Positions 47,306 through 56,410 are shown, counted from the stretch's first letter. The stretch: DNA of 64,000 nucleotides from Actinophytocola sp. (GCF_049647105.1 NZ_JBARWZ010000147.1:10754-74753); one strand, 5' to 3'. The notes: generated by a model from the sequence alone, not told the origin. A program made the numbers and translations.

Positions 47306-48553
47306 GTGTCGAGCACAGAGCCGTGGCCCATCGAAAGTCTGCCGCTCGTCGGCGGTCCCGACTTCCCCATCGGCATCTTCTGGCCGCCGCACCCATATGA
47401 GGTGACGCTGGCGCGCTACCAGGAGATCGCCGCCGCGGGGATGACGTTCCTCATCACCGGCAACTACATGTTCGACCAGCACATCAACCGGCGCGCGCTC
47501 GACCTCGCCGGGCAGACCGGGTTGAAGGTGCTGGTGAACTCGCCCGAGCCGAGGCTGTCGGCCATCACGTCGACCCTTTCGGTCACCGACGACCTGCAGG
47601 CGCCGCTGCGGATCAGCACCTCCGACGCGCGCAGGCTGGTGCAGATCATGCTCGACGAGTACCGGCGGTTCCCCGCGTTCGCCGGTTTCGACGTGTACGA
47701 CGAGCCACCCGCCACCAAGTTCCCGACCGTGGCCGCGGTGACGAAGCTGGTGCGTGAGCTGGGGCCGACGGTGCTGCCGTACTCGAACCTGTGGCCCGGC
47801 ACCGGCGCGGGCTACGCGGCGTTCGTGAAGAGCTTCGTCGACACCGTGCACCCGCCGGTGCTGTCGTTCGACCGGTACCCGTTCCTCAACACCGGCCTGG
47901 ACATCAACTACTTCGACAACTGGGCCATCATCCGCAAGGCGGCACTGGCCGAGGGAATCCCGACGTGGACCTACATCCAGTCGGTCAAGTTCCAGAACCG
48001 GGTGGTGCCGACCGAGGCGCAGCTGCGGTGGCAGATCAACATGAGCCTCGCGTACGGCGCGAAGGGCATCCAGTACTTCACCTACTGGACCCCGGAGATC
48101 GCGCGGGGCGAGGCGTTCGAGTCGGCCATCATCAACGCCGACGGCACCCGCACCCCCCTGTACGACATCGCGTCGCGGATCAACCGCGAATGGCTCGCGC
48201 CGATCGGCCGTGAGCTGAAGCCGCTGGTGTCGGTGTCCGCGACGCACGCCAACGACAACCCGCTGCCACCCGGCACGGAGGCGTTCGCCCCCGACGACCA
48301 CGTGCTGGCCGTCGAGGGCGGTGCGGTGGTGGTCGGCCAGTTCCGCGCCGCGGCCGAGGACGGCAGGCGGTGGGTGCTGGTGGTCAACCGCTCCGACACC
48401 AAGGACACGACCGTCACGCTGACGTTCGGTCCAGCCGCCGCCCGCAGCGAGGAGTTCCGGATCGAGGCCGCCGACTTCGCCTCGGCGTCCGCCGACAAGG
48501 TGACGGTGCAGCTCTCCGCAGGCGGCGCCGCACTGTTCCGCCTCGGCGACTGA
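47306..48553 (+). CDS. TIM-barrel glycoside-hydrolase-like protein (GH42/clan GH-A-like), function unknown
   Basis: 415-aa ORF with good GC3. Patterns such as FDVYDEP, SNLWP, LSFDRYPF and IQYFTYWTP resemble clan GH-A barrels. The assignment is tentative. Confidence 0.5.
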   Translation: MSSTEPWPIESLPLVGGPDFPIGIFWPPHPYEVTLARYQEIAAAGMTFLITGNYMFDQHINRRALDLAGQTGLKVLVNSPEPRLSAITSTLSVTDDLQAPLRISTSDARRLVQIMLDEYRRFPAFAGFDVYDEPPATKFPTVAAVTKLVRELGPTVLPYSNLWPGTGAGYAAFVKSFVDTVHPPVLSFDRYPFLNTGLDINYFDNWAIIRKAALAEGIPTWTYIQSVKFQNRVVPTEAQLRWQINMSLAYGAKGIQYFTYWTPEIARGEAFESAIINADGTRTPLYDIASRINREWLAPIGRELKPLVSVSATHANDNPLPPGTEAFAPDDHVLAVEGGAVVVGQFRAAAEDGRRWVLVVNRSDTKDTTVTLTFGPAAARSEEFRIEAADFASASADKVTVQLSAGGAALFRLGD

Positions 48554-48569
48554 CCCGTCACGCGCCGAG

Positions 48570-48897
48570 CGCGAGCGACGCTGCCGAGCCCGATCGCAAC
48601 GTCGCACGATGACACGTCGTGGCCAACCTGGCGGTAGTCCCAGATGGTTCGGGCATCCCGCCGGTTCCGCTCGGTGATATCGCCGCGCGAATTGCTCACT
48701 GTCGAATCGCTCCTTAACGTCCGCGGCCTGGCGGTACCAAGCCACGGCCACCACGAACGCGGCATCCCGTAGTCCGCGAGCGGTTCGACGACCCACCTCG
48801 TGCGCAGATAGATCGACAACGCCGAGAACCCGACCACGGCGGCGGCGACCAGCATGACGATGACGTACTCCTCACCGCCACCCCCGATGACCCCCAT
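48570..48897 (-). pseudogene. Truncated DUF218 (YdcF/SanA-like) gene with an N-terminal TM segment
   Basis: EYVIVMLVAAAVVGFSALSIYL (TM) is followed by RRDARTIWDYRQVGHDVSSCDVAIGLGS, the N-terminal DUF218 block. After that the ORF runs antisense into the glycosidase-like gene without further family motifs. Confidence 0.35.
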
Positions 48898-49137
48898 TTG
48901 TGTTTAATCGAAACCACGTGTCAATACTCTTTCGGGTGTCGGTGTCTCCGGCGTTGCGGCCGTAGCGTATGTTGGCAGTTGTCACGCATCTAGCGATGAT
49001 CGCAAACGTGGCACGCGAGCCGGAGTTTTGTTTGGCAGGATTCGGACGCGGTCCGCTCCGAACCCCTCCCGATGACGTACTCGCGCCATTCGGTAATTCG
49101 GCAATCCCGATTATGTTCGAGGAAATGAAGGCGCGTC

Positions 49138-50007
49138 ATGCGACGCATCCGCACTGTTGTCCAAGCCCTGTTCGGCATCACCGCCGCCACCGCGAGTCTG
49201 ATCGCGCTGGCCCCGACGGCGCAGGCCATCACCATCCCGGTGGCCTGTGGTGAGAACGCGTTGGTCGCGGCGGTGAACCTGGCCAACTCCACCCCCACCT
49301 CGGACACCCTCGTACTGGCGGGAGGCTGCACCTACCGTATGACCACCAGTCATGGTGGCGCCGCGAACGCGCTGCCGGTGATCACCACCCCGATCGAGAT
49401 GATCGGTCCTGCCACCGTCACCAACGCCTCACTGCTGGGCCTCGGACTGTTCCGGATCGCCGAGGTCGGTCCGACCGGCAATCTCACGCTCACCACCGGA
49501 GTCGCGTTCACCCGGGGCAACGTGCTCGGTGACGGCGGTGGCATCCTCAACCGCGGCGCGGTGACCCTCACCGGCAGCACCCTGACCGGCAACACCGCAT
49601 CGGGCAACGGCGGCGGTCTCGCCAACGCGGACACCCCGACCGGCACCGCGCCTGCCGCGACGTTCACCAACAGCCCACTGTCGGGCAACACGACCCTGCT
49701 CGGCAACGGCGGCGCCATCTACAACGGGCTTCGCGGCACGCTGACCGTCACCGGTGTGTCCGGCAGCCCACTGTTCGTCACCGGCAACTACGCGGGCCGT
49801 GGCGGCGGAATCTCGGCGGTCAACGCCACCGCGACGACCCTCACCCAGACCGCCGTGACCAACAACCACTCGCTGCTGCTCCTCGGCACCGCGGGCGGCG
49901 TGGACCGGCAGGGCGGCACCATGACCACGACCAACGCGCCCATCACCGCGAACACCCCGAACAACTGTGTCGGCGCCACCCCCGCGGTCCCCAACTGCAC
50001 GGGCTGA
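49138..50007 (+). CDS. Secreted right-handed beta-helix repeat protein
   Basis: Signal peptide ...APTAQA. Repeated G-G-G-(I/L)-x-N and T-L-T-G/N-T motifs are typical of parallel beta-helix (Pmp-like) repeats. The RBS GAGGAAATGAAGG precedes the ATG. Confidence 0.7.
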   Translation: MRRIRTVVQALFGITAATASLIALAPTAQAITIPVACGENALVAAVNLANSTPTSDTLVLAGGCTYRMTTSHGGAANALPVITTPIEMIGPATVTNASLLGLGLFRIAEVGPTGNLTLTTGVAFTRGNVLGDGGGILNRGAVTLTGSTLTGNTASGNGGGLANADTPTGTAPAATFTNSPLSGNTTLLGNGGAIYNGLRGTLTVTGVSGSPLFVTGNYAGRGGGISAVNATATTLTQTAVTNNHSLLLLGTAGGVDRQGGTMTTTNAPITANTPNNCVGATPAVPNCTG

Positions 50008-50043
50008 CAGCGATTCGATGCCCTGAGGACGCTTTCGGGACGC

Positions 50044-50883
50044 TCACCGACTCGAAGGCGTCCTCAGCGCACCCAGCAAGGTGGCCGCCGCGGCTTGTGC
50101 GGGCTCGAACTGAGGTCCGGCATAGTCCGCGCCCGCCTCGATGATGACCGCGCAGGCGTAGAGCTGGGAGAGCCGCCCCGAGCGGGTACCGAGGTCGGCC
50201 TGGCGTTCGCGTCGCACCCGCTCGGCGAGCGCCGGGACGGCCAGGGACTCACGCCAGAGGATGGCCGCGTCGTAGCCGCGCGGCGCCAGGCCCCAGTCCT
50301 CCCAATCCAGGAAACAGCAGTTCGGAGCGGTGACGTTGGCCCAGGCCAGGTCCGCGTGGGCAGTGGTCCACTCGGTGATCGTGGTGTCGACGTCCGGGAA
50401 CACCTGGTGGATGGTCGTGCCGATCCGCTCCCGCGTGATCCGGCTGCCCGCCGAGGTGGCGACGCGAGTGGTGGGATGCTTGGCCAGCGCGTCGAGCGAA
50501 CTGTTCAGCGTCGCCCACCAGGACTCGGACAGCTCCGGTTCGATGGTCAGGGTGCCGCCTGGCTTGATGGGCGGGTCGGCGACGAGCTCGATCTCGTCGG
50601 CTCGCCACATCACCCCGAGGTCGTGGTCGAGCCAGGACAGGCCCTGGTACCAGGCCGGCATTGCCACGCCATTCAGTACCGCGGCGTCTTCGTTACCCCA
50701 GCCTTGGCCATCCAGGCGGGACAGGTCACGAATCTCGATGCGAACCCAGGTGTCGCGATCGGTTCGGAAACCGAGGGAGCGGCGTTTGCGGACTTCGGTC
50801 GTGAGGTCGAATTGAAGACCGAGCCGGCGATGGACGTGATCGACTATGACGTCGGTCGAGTGTTTGCGAAGATCTGGCAGCAC
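50044..50883 (-). CDS. Aminoglycoside/antibiotic phosphotransferase (APH)-family kinase-like protein
   Basis: HADLAWANVT...FLDWEDWGLAPRGYDAA corresponds to the catalytic-loop and DFG-like motifs of APH enzymes. GTG start at 50883. Confidence 0.75.
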   Translation of the reverse strand: MLPDLRKHSTDVIVDHVHRRLGLQFDLTTEVRKRRSLGFRTDRDTWVRIEIRDLSRLDGQGWGNEDAAVLNGVAMPAWYQGLSWLDHDLGVMWRADEIELVADPPIKPGGTLTIEPELSESWWATLNSSLDALAKHPTTRVATSAGSRITRERIGTTIHQVFPDVDTTITEWTTAHADLAWANVTAPNCCFLDWEDWGLAPRGYDAAILWRESLAVPALAERVRRERQADLGTRSGRLSQLYACAVIIEAGADYAGPQFEPAQAAAATLLGALRTPSSR

Positions 50884-50955
50884 GGGGAAATTCTAGTCGA
50901 ATTCGCACCGAGTGGGATTCCGGCGCCGGCGTATGAATAGGTTTACATTAGGGCG

Positions 50956-51990
50956 ATGCGTGCTGTTGTGTACTCCGCGTACGGGGAGCCGCCGGTGGTG
51001 ACGACCGTGCCCGAGCCGGTCGCGCCGGACGGGGGTGCGGTGCTCGAGGTACGGGCAACCGGGGTGTGCCGGTCGGACTGGCATGCCTGGCGCGGCCACG
51101 AGCCGGTGCCGCTGCCGCACACACCGGGCCACGAGCTGTCCGGGGTGGTCGCCGAGATCGGCGCCGGGGTCACCCGGTGGCGGCCGGGCGACCGGGTGAC
51201 CGTGCCGTTCGTGTGCGGGTGCGGGGCCTGCGGGTACTGCCGGGCGGGCGACGCGCAGGTCTGTCCACATCAGACACAGCCGGGGTTCACCGGGCCGGGG
51301 TCGTTCGCCGAGCGGGTCGTCGTCCACGCCGCGGACACGAACCTGGTGGCGCTGCCCGGCTCCGTCGACTTCGTGACCGCCGCGTCACTCGGTTGCCGGT
51401 TCGCCACCGCCTACCGCGCACTCACCGCCCACGGCCGCCTCGCCGAGGGTGACTGGCTGGCCGTCCACGGCTGCGGCGGGCTGGGGCTCTCGGCCGTGCA
51501 GATCGGGGTGGCGCTTGGCGCGCGGGTGATCGCCGTCGACATCGCGCCATCGGCGCTGACGCTGGCCGCCGAACTCGGTGCGGCACACACGATCGACGCC
51601 ACGTCCGAGCCCGACCCGGCCGCCGAGGTGCTGGCGCTCTCCGGCGGCGGCGCGACCGTGTCGATCGACGCGCTCGGCTCGCCGGGTACCGCGGCCGCGT
51701 CGGTGCGCGGCCTGCGCCGCCGGGGCAGGCACGTGCAGGCCGGGCTGCTGCTGGACGGCCCGACCCCGCTGCCGATGGACGTGGTGATCGCCAAGGAGCT
51801 GTCGATCCACGGCACCCACGGCATGGCGGCCGTCGACTACCCACCGCTGCTGGCGCTGGTCGCCGACGGCACGCTACGGCCCGATCTACTGGTCGGCTCG
51901 GTCGTCGGGCTCGACGAGGCGCCCGCCGCCCTCACCGCGATGGACCACCCGCCGACCGGGCCGGGCATGACGGTCGTCGCCATCGGGTAG
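50956..51990 (+). CDS. Zinc-dependent alcohol dehydrogenase (MDR superfamily)
   Basis: GVCRSDWHAWRG, PGHELSGVV, the structural-Zn Cys cluster CGCGACGYCRAGDAQVC, and the Rossmann motif VHGCGGLGLSAVQ. Confidence 0.92.
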   Translation: MRAVVYSAYGEPPVVTTVPEPVAPDGGAVLEVRATGVCRSDWHAWRGHEPVPLPHTPGHELSGVVAEIGAGVTRWRPGDRVTVPFVCGCGACGYCRAGDAQVCPHQTQPGFTGPGSFAERVVVHAADTNLVALPGSVDFVTAASLGCRFATAYRALTAHGRLAEGDWLAVHGCGGLGLSAVQIGVALGARVIAVDIAPSALTLAAELGAAHTIDATSEPDPAAEVLALSGGGATVSIDALGSPGTAAASVRGLRRRGRHVQAGLLLDGPTPLPMDVVIAKELSIHGTHGMAAVDYPPLLALVADGTLRPDLLVGSVVGLDEAPAALTAMDHPPTGPGMTVVAIG

Positions 51991-52743
51991 CGGGACCGAG
52001 GCGATCATCGCGAACACCCGGTGCGGCACCATGAGCGGCTCCTCGCCGAACCGGTCCCGCAGCAACCGTGCCAGGTCGGCGTCGAACGCCGCGACGGTGT
52101 CCTCCGGCAGGCTCGCGCCGACGCCGTTCGAGCTGCGCACCCGGCCGCGCCACGCGGCGTGCGGGTACGGGACGTCGACGTCGAAGGTGAAGGTCTCCAG
52201 GCCGGCGAACCCCGCGAGGTCCGCCATCCGCGAGTCTGGAGTTCAGAACCCGCGAGTCCTCGGTTCAGAACCCCCGAGTCCTCGGTTCAGAACCCCCGAG
52301 TCCTCGGTTCAGAACCCGCGAGTCCTCGGTTCAGAACCCGCGAGTCCTCGGTTCGGGACCCGCGAGTCTAGGGTTCAGAACCCGCGAGTCCTCGGTTCGG
52401 GACCCGCGAGTCTAGGGTTCAGAACCCGCGAGTCCTCGGTTCGGGACCCGCGAGTCTGGGGTTCGGGACCCGCGAGTCTGGGGTTCAGAACCACGTCCCA
52501 CCCCCCGCCCGGCAGACCGGTGTCCTCCGCCCGCGCCACCCGGTAGGTCACCTCGACCCCGGTCACCACGCACCCGGCGGCGGCGAGCTCCCGTGCGAGC
52601 GCACCGGTGCCGGTGCCGAGATCCGCGACGCGCTGCCCTGGCACGCCGATCCCGAGCGCGGCGAGGCGGGTGAAGAACTCCGGCGGGAAGCCGGTCCGGT
52701 ACTTCGCGTAGTCCGTCGCTGTAGGACCGAAATCGACGCTCAT
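51886..52743 (-). pseudogene. Class I SAM-dependent methyltransferase whose central part is replaced by the 22-bp repeat array
   Basis: The N-terminal piece (52743-52493) carries motif I, VADLGTGTGALAREL. The C-terminal piece (from 52227) reads ADLAGFAGLETFTFDVDVPY...HRVFAMI. The two pieces are in the same frame, but the array between them contains an in-frame TGA (52375-52377). The 3' end overlaps the ADH gene by about 100 nt. Confidence 0.7.
52229..52492 (+). repeat. Tandem array, 12 x 22 bp, consensus CGCGAGTCCTCGGTTCAGAACC
   Basis: Counted unit by unit; GAGTC recurs at 52254, 52276, 52298, 52320 and so on. Variants alternate in the middle tetramer (CTCG, TGGA, TAGG, TGGG) and in the core (GGTTCAGAACC versus GGTTCGGGACC). 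No spacers. Confidence 0.95.
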
Positions 52744-53078
52744 GACACGCCATCCTGGGCCGCGAGCAGGTCGTCCCCGTGCCGGTCGGCCCAGTCGCCG
52801 AGTGCCTCGAGCGGGCCGAGCAGCGACTCACCCAGCGGGGTGCGTGCGTACTCGACGCGGGGCGGCGCCTCCCGGTACCGCTGCCGCGTGACGAGCCCGT
52901 TGTGCTCGAGGCGGCGCAGCGTCTCGGCGAGCGCCTTGTCGCTGATGCCGCCGATCCGCCCGCGCAACGTGACCGGCCGCACCGGCCCGTTGCGCAGCGC
53001 CCACAGCACGACGCCGTGCCACGTGTTGGCGAGCAGGTCCAACGCCATGCGCGCACGGCAGTCAGGCAGGTATTCCAT
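52740..53078 (-). CDS. HxlR-family transcriptional regulator
   Basis: 112 aa. C..R.ALDLLANTWHGVVLWAL..GP.R...L...I.GIS.K.L...LR.LE..GLV.R......PPRVEY..T.LG is the canonical HxlR winged helix. Confidence 0.9.
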   Translation of the reverse strand: MEYLPDCRARMALDLLANTWHGVVLWALRNGPVRPVTLRGRIGGISDKALAETLRRLEHNGLVTRQRYREAPPRVEYARTPLGESLLGPLEALGDWADRHGDDLLAAQDGVS

Positions 53079-53165
53079 CGCGTGCTCCCATTGTCACCAC
53101 GCCGACGCACACCGATCGGTAGGCATCGGCGCACCTACCGTCCCTTCCTAACAGAAGGAGGACGG

Positions 53166-53347
53166 ATGCGAATCGGGATCCTGGGCACGGGCAACATCGG
53201 CACGGCGCTCGGCGCGGGCCGGAGCGCGCGGCGCTGCTGGAGGCCACGGCCGCGTTCGCGATCGGACTGTGGTTCGGCGGCCCGGACGCGCAGGCGATCC
53301 TGCAACCGACCCGAACGGAGGATGGAGTGAGTCTCATGGCCGGGTAA
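53166..53347 (+). pseudogene. Internally deleted remnant of a Rossmann-fold NAD(P)-binding reductase (usual HxlR divergent partner)
   Basis: A strong RBS AAGGAGGA precedes ATG 53166, and MRIGILGTGNIGTALGAG is a dinucleotide-binding start. The frame then degenerates. A different frame carries a plausible C-terminal tail (ERAALLEATAAFAIGLWFGG...) ending at TAA 53345-53347. Confidence 0.5.
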
Positions 53348-53357
53348 CGTCCTTGCG

Positions 53358-54221
53358 ATGGGGCGCAAGGCAATCCTGCTGACCGCGGTACTCGCGCTGG
53401 TGTGGGCCGGGCTCGGGGTCGCCACCCCGGCCGCCGCCCAGAAGACCTGCCTCGTGGTGGACACCGACGTCGGTGTGGACGACTACCGGGCGCTCGCGGT
53501 GGTGGCACCAGCCCGGGACCTCCGCGCGGTCGTCGTCACGGAGGGCATATCCGGGGTGCCAAACGGCGCGACCGCCGTCTCCATGTTCCTGGCGGGGCGC
53601 GGGGTGAGTCCCCCGGTGCTGCCCGGCCTGGCGTCGCCAAGCCCGCCCGTCTACGACTGGCTGCCGCCGGTCCGGGCCGCCGCGGAACGGATGAACAACT
53701 TCCTGGGCGCGGCCGTCCCCGCACGCGGCACCCCGGACCGGCTCGCCAAGGGCGTGCGGGCGGCGGTCCTCGGCTGCGGCCGGGTCGAGGTGCTGGTGCT
53801 CGGCCCGTGGACGTCCTACCCGAGGTACGCGGCGGCGCTCGGCGGGCACCCGGGAATCGTCGCGTCGGGCCGGTCGTTCGCGGAGAACAACCCGGACAAC
53901 TTCAACTGCGAGTACGACCTCGCGGCCTGCCGCACCGCGCCACGCAGGGCGGTGTACGTCGACCTGCCCGCCTCACCGGCCTACGACCCGACCGAGGAGA
54001 TGGTCGCCCGACTCGGGCATACCGGACGGCCTGGGCTGCTGAAGGCCGCGCTGCTGGCGGACCCGTCGCAGTGGCTCGGCACCCGTCTGTGGGACGACAC
54101 GGCCGCGCTGTCCTTGGTCGAGCCGGGTGTGTTCGCGCCGAGGGGCGGGCACCTGGAGCCGACCGTGGGCGAGGCGGCGTTCCGGGAGCTGGTCGTCGCG
54201 GCGATTAACCGGTCGGGCTAA
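53358..54221 (+). CDS. Secreted nucleoside-hydrolase-like protein (IUNH fold)
   Basis: Signal peptide ...ATPAAAQ, followed by the VVDTDVGVDDYRAL aspartate cluster (DxDxxxDD), the N-terminal signature of inosine-uridine nucleoside hydrolases. Confidence 0.6.
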   Translation: MGRKAILLTAVLALVWAGLGVATPAAAQKTCLVVDTDVGVDDYRALAVVAPARDLRAVVVTEGISGVPNGATAVSMFLAGRGVSPPVLPGLASPSPPVYDWLPPVRAAAERMNNFLGAAVPARGTPDRLAKGVRAAVLGCGRVEVLVLGPWTSYPRYAAALGGHPGIVASGRSFAENNPDNFNCEYDLAACRTAPRRAVYVDLPASPAYDPTEEMVARLGHTGRPGLLKAALLADPSQWLGTRLWDDTAALSLVEPGVFAPRGGHLEPTVGEAAFRELVVAAINRSG

Positions 54222-54633
54222 TAGCCAGTAAAGTTCGAGTGAATCACTGGTGGATCTCGTGCGACGCTCCCTACGATCCGGAAACACCTTGTGTGAGCCC
54301 CAACACACGAGCGAGGAGAGCGATCGTGCGAAGAAACCAGTTCCGGGCGGCGTGCCCCGGCATCGGATGGGAACGCGAACAGCGCAAACCAAGCACCATT
54401 GGCGGCCGGTCGGCGCGTTGGCGTCCCATCGCCACCGGCACCCGCCAGACCACACCCGAGCTTCCGGACGAAGACGCCGTGATCGTCCGGGGCATCGACT
54501 GACAAGGCGGACGCCCGGGACCTGATCGGTGTCCCTGAGCCCGGAAAAGAAAATCCGCGTGCGATGTCGAGATGCGTGGACCTGATCCGACGTGGTGGTG
54601 AGAACAGACCACCGACGACACGGAGCAGGGATC

Positions 54634-56181
54634 ATGAACGAGACCACCGCACTGGCCGGGCGACGGGAGTGGATCGGGCTGGCGGTGCTCGCGCTGCCGA
54701 CACTGCTGCTCTCGCTGGACATGAGCGTTCTGCACCTCGCGGTGCCGCATCTTGCCGCTGACCTCCAGCCGAGCAGCACGGAACTGCTGTGGATCATCGA
54801 CATCTACGGGTTCATGGTCGCCGGGTTCCTGGTCACCATGGGCACACTCGGTGACCGGATCGGGCGCAGAAAACTACTCATGTTCGGCGGGGCCGCCTTC
54901 GGGGTGGCCTCGGTCGTGGCGGCGTTCGCCACCAGCCCGGAGATGTTGATCGTGGCCAGGGCCGCGCTCGGGATCGCCGGGGCGACCCTGATGCCGTCGA
55001 CGCTGGCGCTGATCAGCAACATGTTCGCGGACCCCCGCCAGCGCGGAGTGGCGATCTCGGTGTGGATGAGCTGTTTCATGGGCGGCATGGTGGTCGGGCC
55101 CCTGGTCGGTGGACTCCTGCTCGAGGTCGCCTGGTGGGGTGCCGTGTTCCTGCTGGCCGTCCCGGTCATGGTGCTGCTGATGGTCACCGCGCCCACACTG
55201 CTGCCGGAGTACCGCGACGAGCAGGCCGGGCGGCTCGACCTGGCCAGCGTCGTGCTCTCGCTGGGGACCGTGTTGCCCGTGGTGTTCGCGCTGAAGGAGT
55301 TCGCGAAGGACGGGATGTCGGTGGGCACCTCGCTGGTGCTGGTGTGCGGGCTGGCCGTTGGCGTGGCGTTCGTGCGGCGGCAGCGGCGGCTCGCCCACCC
55401 GATGCTGGACCTGAGCCTGTTCCGCAACCGCGAGTTCAGTGCGGCGCTGGGCATCATGTCGGTCGGCGCGCTGATCATGGGTGGCGTGTTCCTGCTGGTC
55501 AGCCAGTACATGCAGCTGGTGGCGGGGCTGTCGGCGGTGCAGGCGGGCGCCATGCTGGTGCCGCAGGCGCTGGCCGTGGTGGCCGGGTCGCTGATCGCGC
55601 CGCGGCTGGCCCACCGGTTCCGGCCCGAGTTCGTGCTGGGCTTCGGGATGCTCGTCGGTGCGGGCGGGATCCTGCTGTTCACCCAGGTCGGCACGGACGG
55701 GGCGGTGCTGGTGATGCTCGGCATGTCGATCGCGGGGTTCGGCATGGGGCCGCAGGGCGTGCTGTGCACCGAGATGGTCATCGGCTCGGTGCCTGCCCGC
55801 AAGGCCGGTGCGGCGTCGGCTATGTCGGAGATGACCGGTGAGTTCGGCATCGCCATGGGGATCGCGTTGTTCGGCAGTGTTGGTACTGCCGTGTACCGCG
55901 ACGAGCTGACCATGCCCGCTGGCCTGCCGGGCGGTGCCGCCGCCGAGGCGACCGAGAGCCTCGCCGGTGCCACCAACGTGGCCTCGGGGCTCGACCAGCA
56001 ACTGGCCGCCGGGCTGCTCGGCCCGGCCCGCGACGCGTTCACCAGTGGTCTGCACACGGTCGCCGCGATCGGCGCGGTCACCGTGGTGGTGTTCGCGGTG
56101 GTCGGCATGCTGGCCCTGCGCAAGTCCCGCCCGGCGACGACCGAGCAGGAGGTCATCGAGGAGCCCGCGCTGGTGGCGTGA
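54634..56181 (+). CDS. MFS transporter, 14-TMS DHA2 (EmrB/QacA) type
   Basis: ATG 54634 follows GGAGCAGGG. GTLGDRIGRRKLLMFG is motif A, and the hydrophobic profile is 14-helix-like. Confidence 0.9.
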   Translation: MNETTALAGRREWIGLAVLALPTLLLSLDMSVLHLAVPHLAADLQPSSTELLWIIDIYGFMVAGFLVTMGTLGDRIGRRKLLMFGGAAFGVASVVAAFATSPEMLIVARAALGIAGATLMPSTLALISNMFADPRQRGVAISVWMSCFMGGMVVGPLVGGLLLEVAWWGAVFLLAVPVMVLLMVTAPTLLPEYRDEQAGRLDLASVVLSLGTVLPVVFALKEFAKDGMSVGTSLVLVCGLAVGVAFVRRQRRLAHPMLDLSLFRNREFSAALGIMSVGALIMGGVFLLVSQYMQLVAGLSAVQAGAMLVPQALAVVAGSLIAPRLAHRFRPEFVLGFGMLVGAGGILLFTQVGTDGAVLVMLGMSIAGFGMGPQGVLCTEMVIGSVPARKAGAASAMSEMTGEFGIAMGIALFGSVGTAVYRDELTMPAGLPGGAAAEATESLAGATNVASGLDQQLAAGLLGPARDAFTSGLHTVAAIGAVTVVVFAVVGMLALRKSRPATTEQEVIEEPALVA

Positions 56182-56212
56182 CCGACCGAAACACCGACAG
56201 CGAACCGCGGCC

Positions 56213-56410
56213 GGTTCCGAACCCCAAACTCGCAGGTCCCGAACCGAAGACTCGCGAGTCCCGAACCCCAGACTCGCGGTTTCCGAACCGTGGACTCGCC
56301 GGTCCCGAACCCCAAACTCGCCAGTCCCGAACCGTGGACTCGCCGGTCCCGAACCGAAGACTCGCGGGTTCTGAACCGTGGACTCGCGGGTTCTGAACGC
56401 CGGACTCGGG
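56213..56410 (-). repeat. Tandem array, 9 x 22 bp, same family in inverted orientation (GGTTCTGAACCGTGGACTCGCG)
   Basis: Units counted from ggttccgaaccccaaactcgca to ggttctgaacgccggactcggg. The reverse complement of the best units equals the units of the third array. It lies between the convergent MFS (stop 56181) and LuxR-type (stop 56423) genes. Confidence 0.95.

Noticed and set aside
52229-52492. CRISPR interpretation of the three repeat arrays.
   Set aside because: The units are strictly head to tail (period equals unit length, 22 bp) with no spacers. No cas genes are in the window, and the units are shorter than typical CRISPR repeats.
52031-52546. 171-aa plus-strand ORF reading through the 22-bp array (also 56178-56396 and other array-spanning ORFs).
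   Set aside because: A 22-bp period cycles through all three frames, giving a meaningless 22-aa periodic peptide. There is no RBS, and the ORFs overlap recognisable remnants on the other strand.
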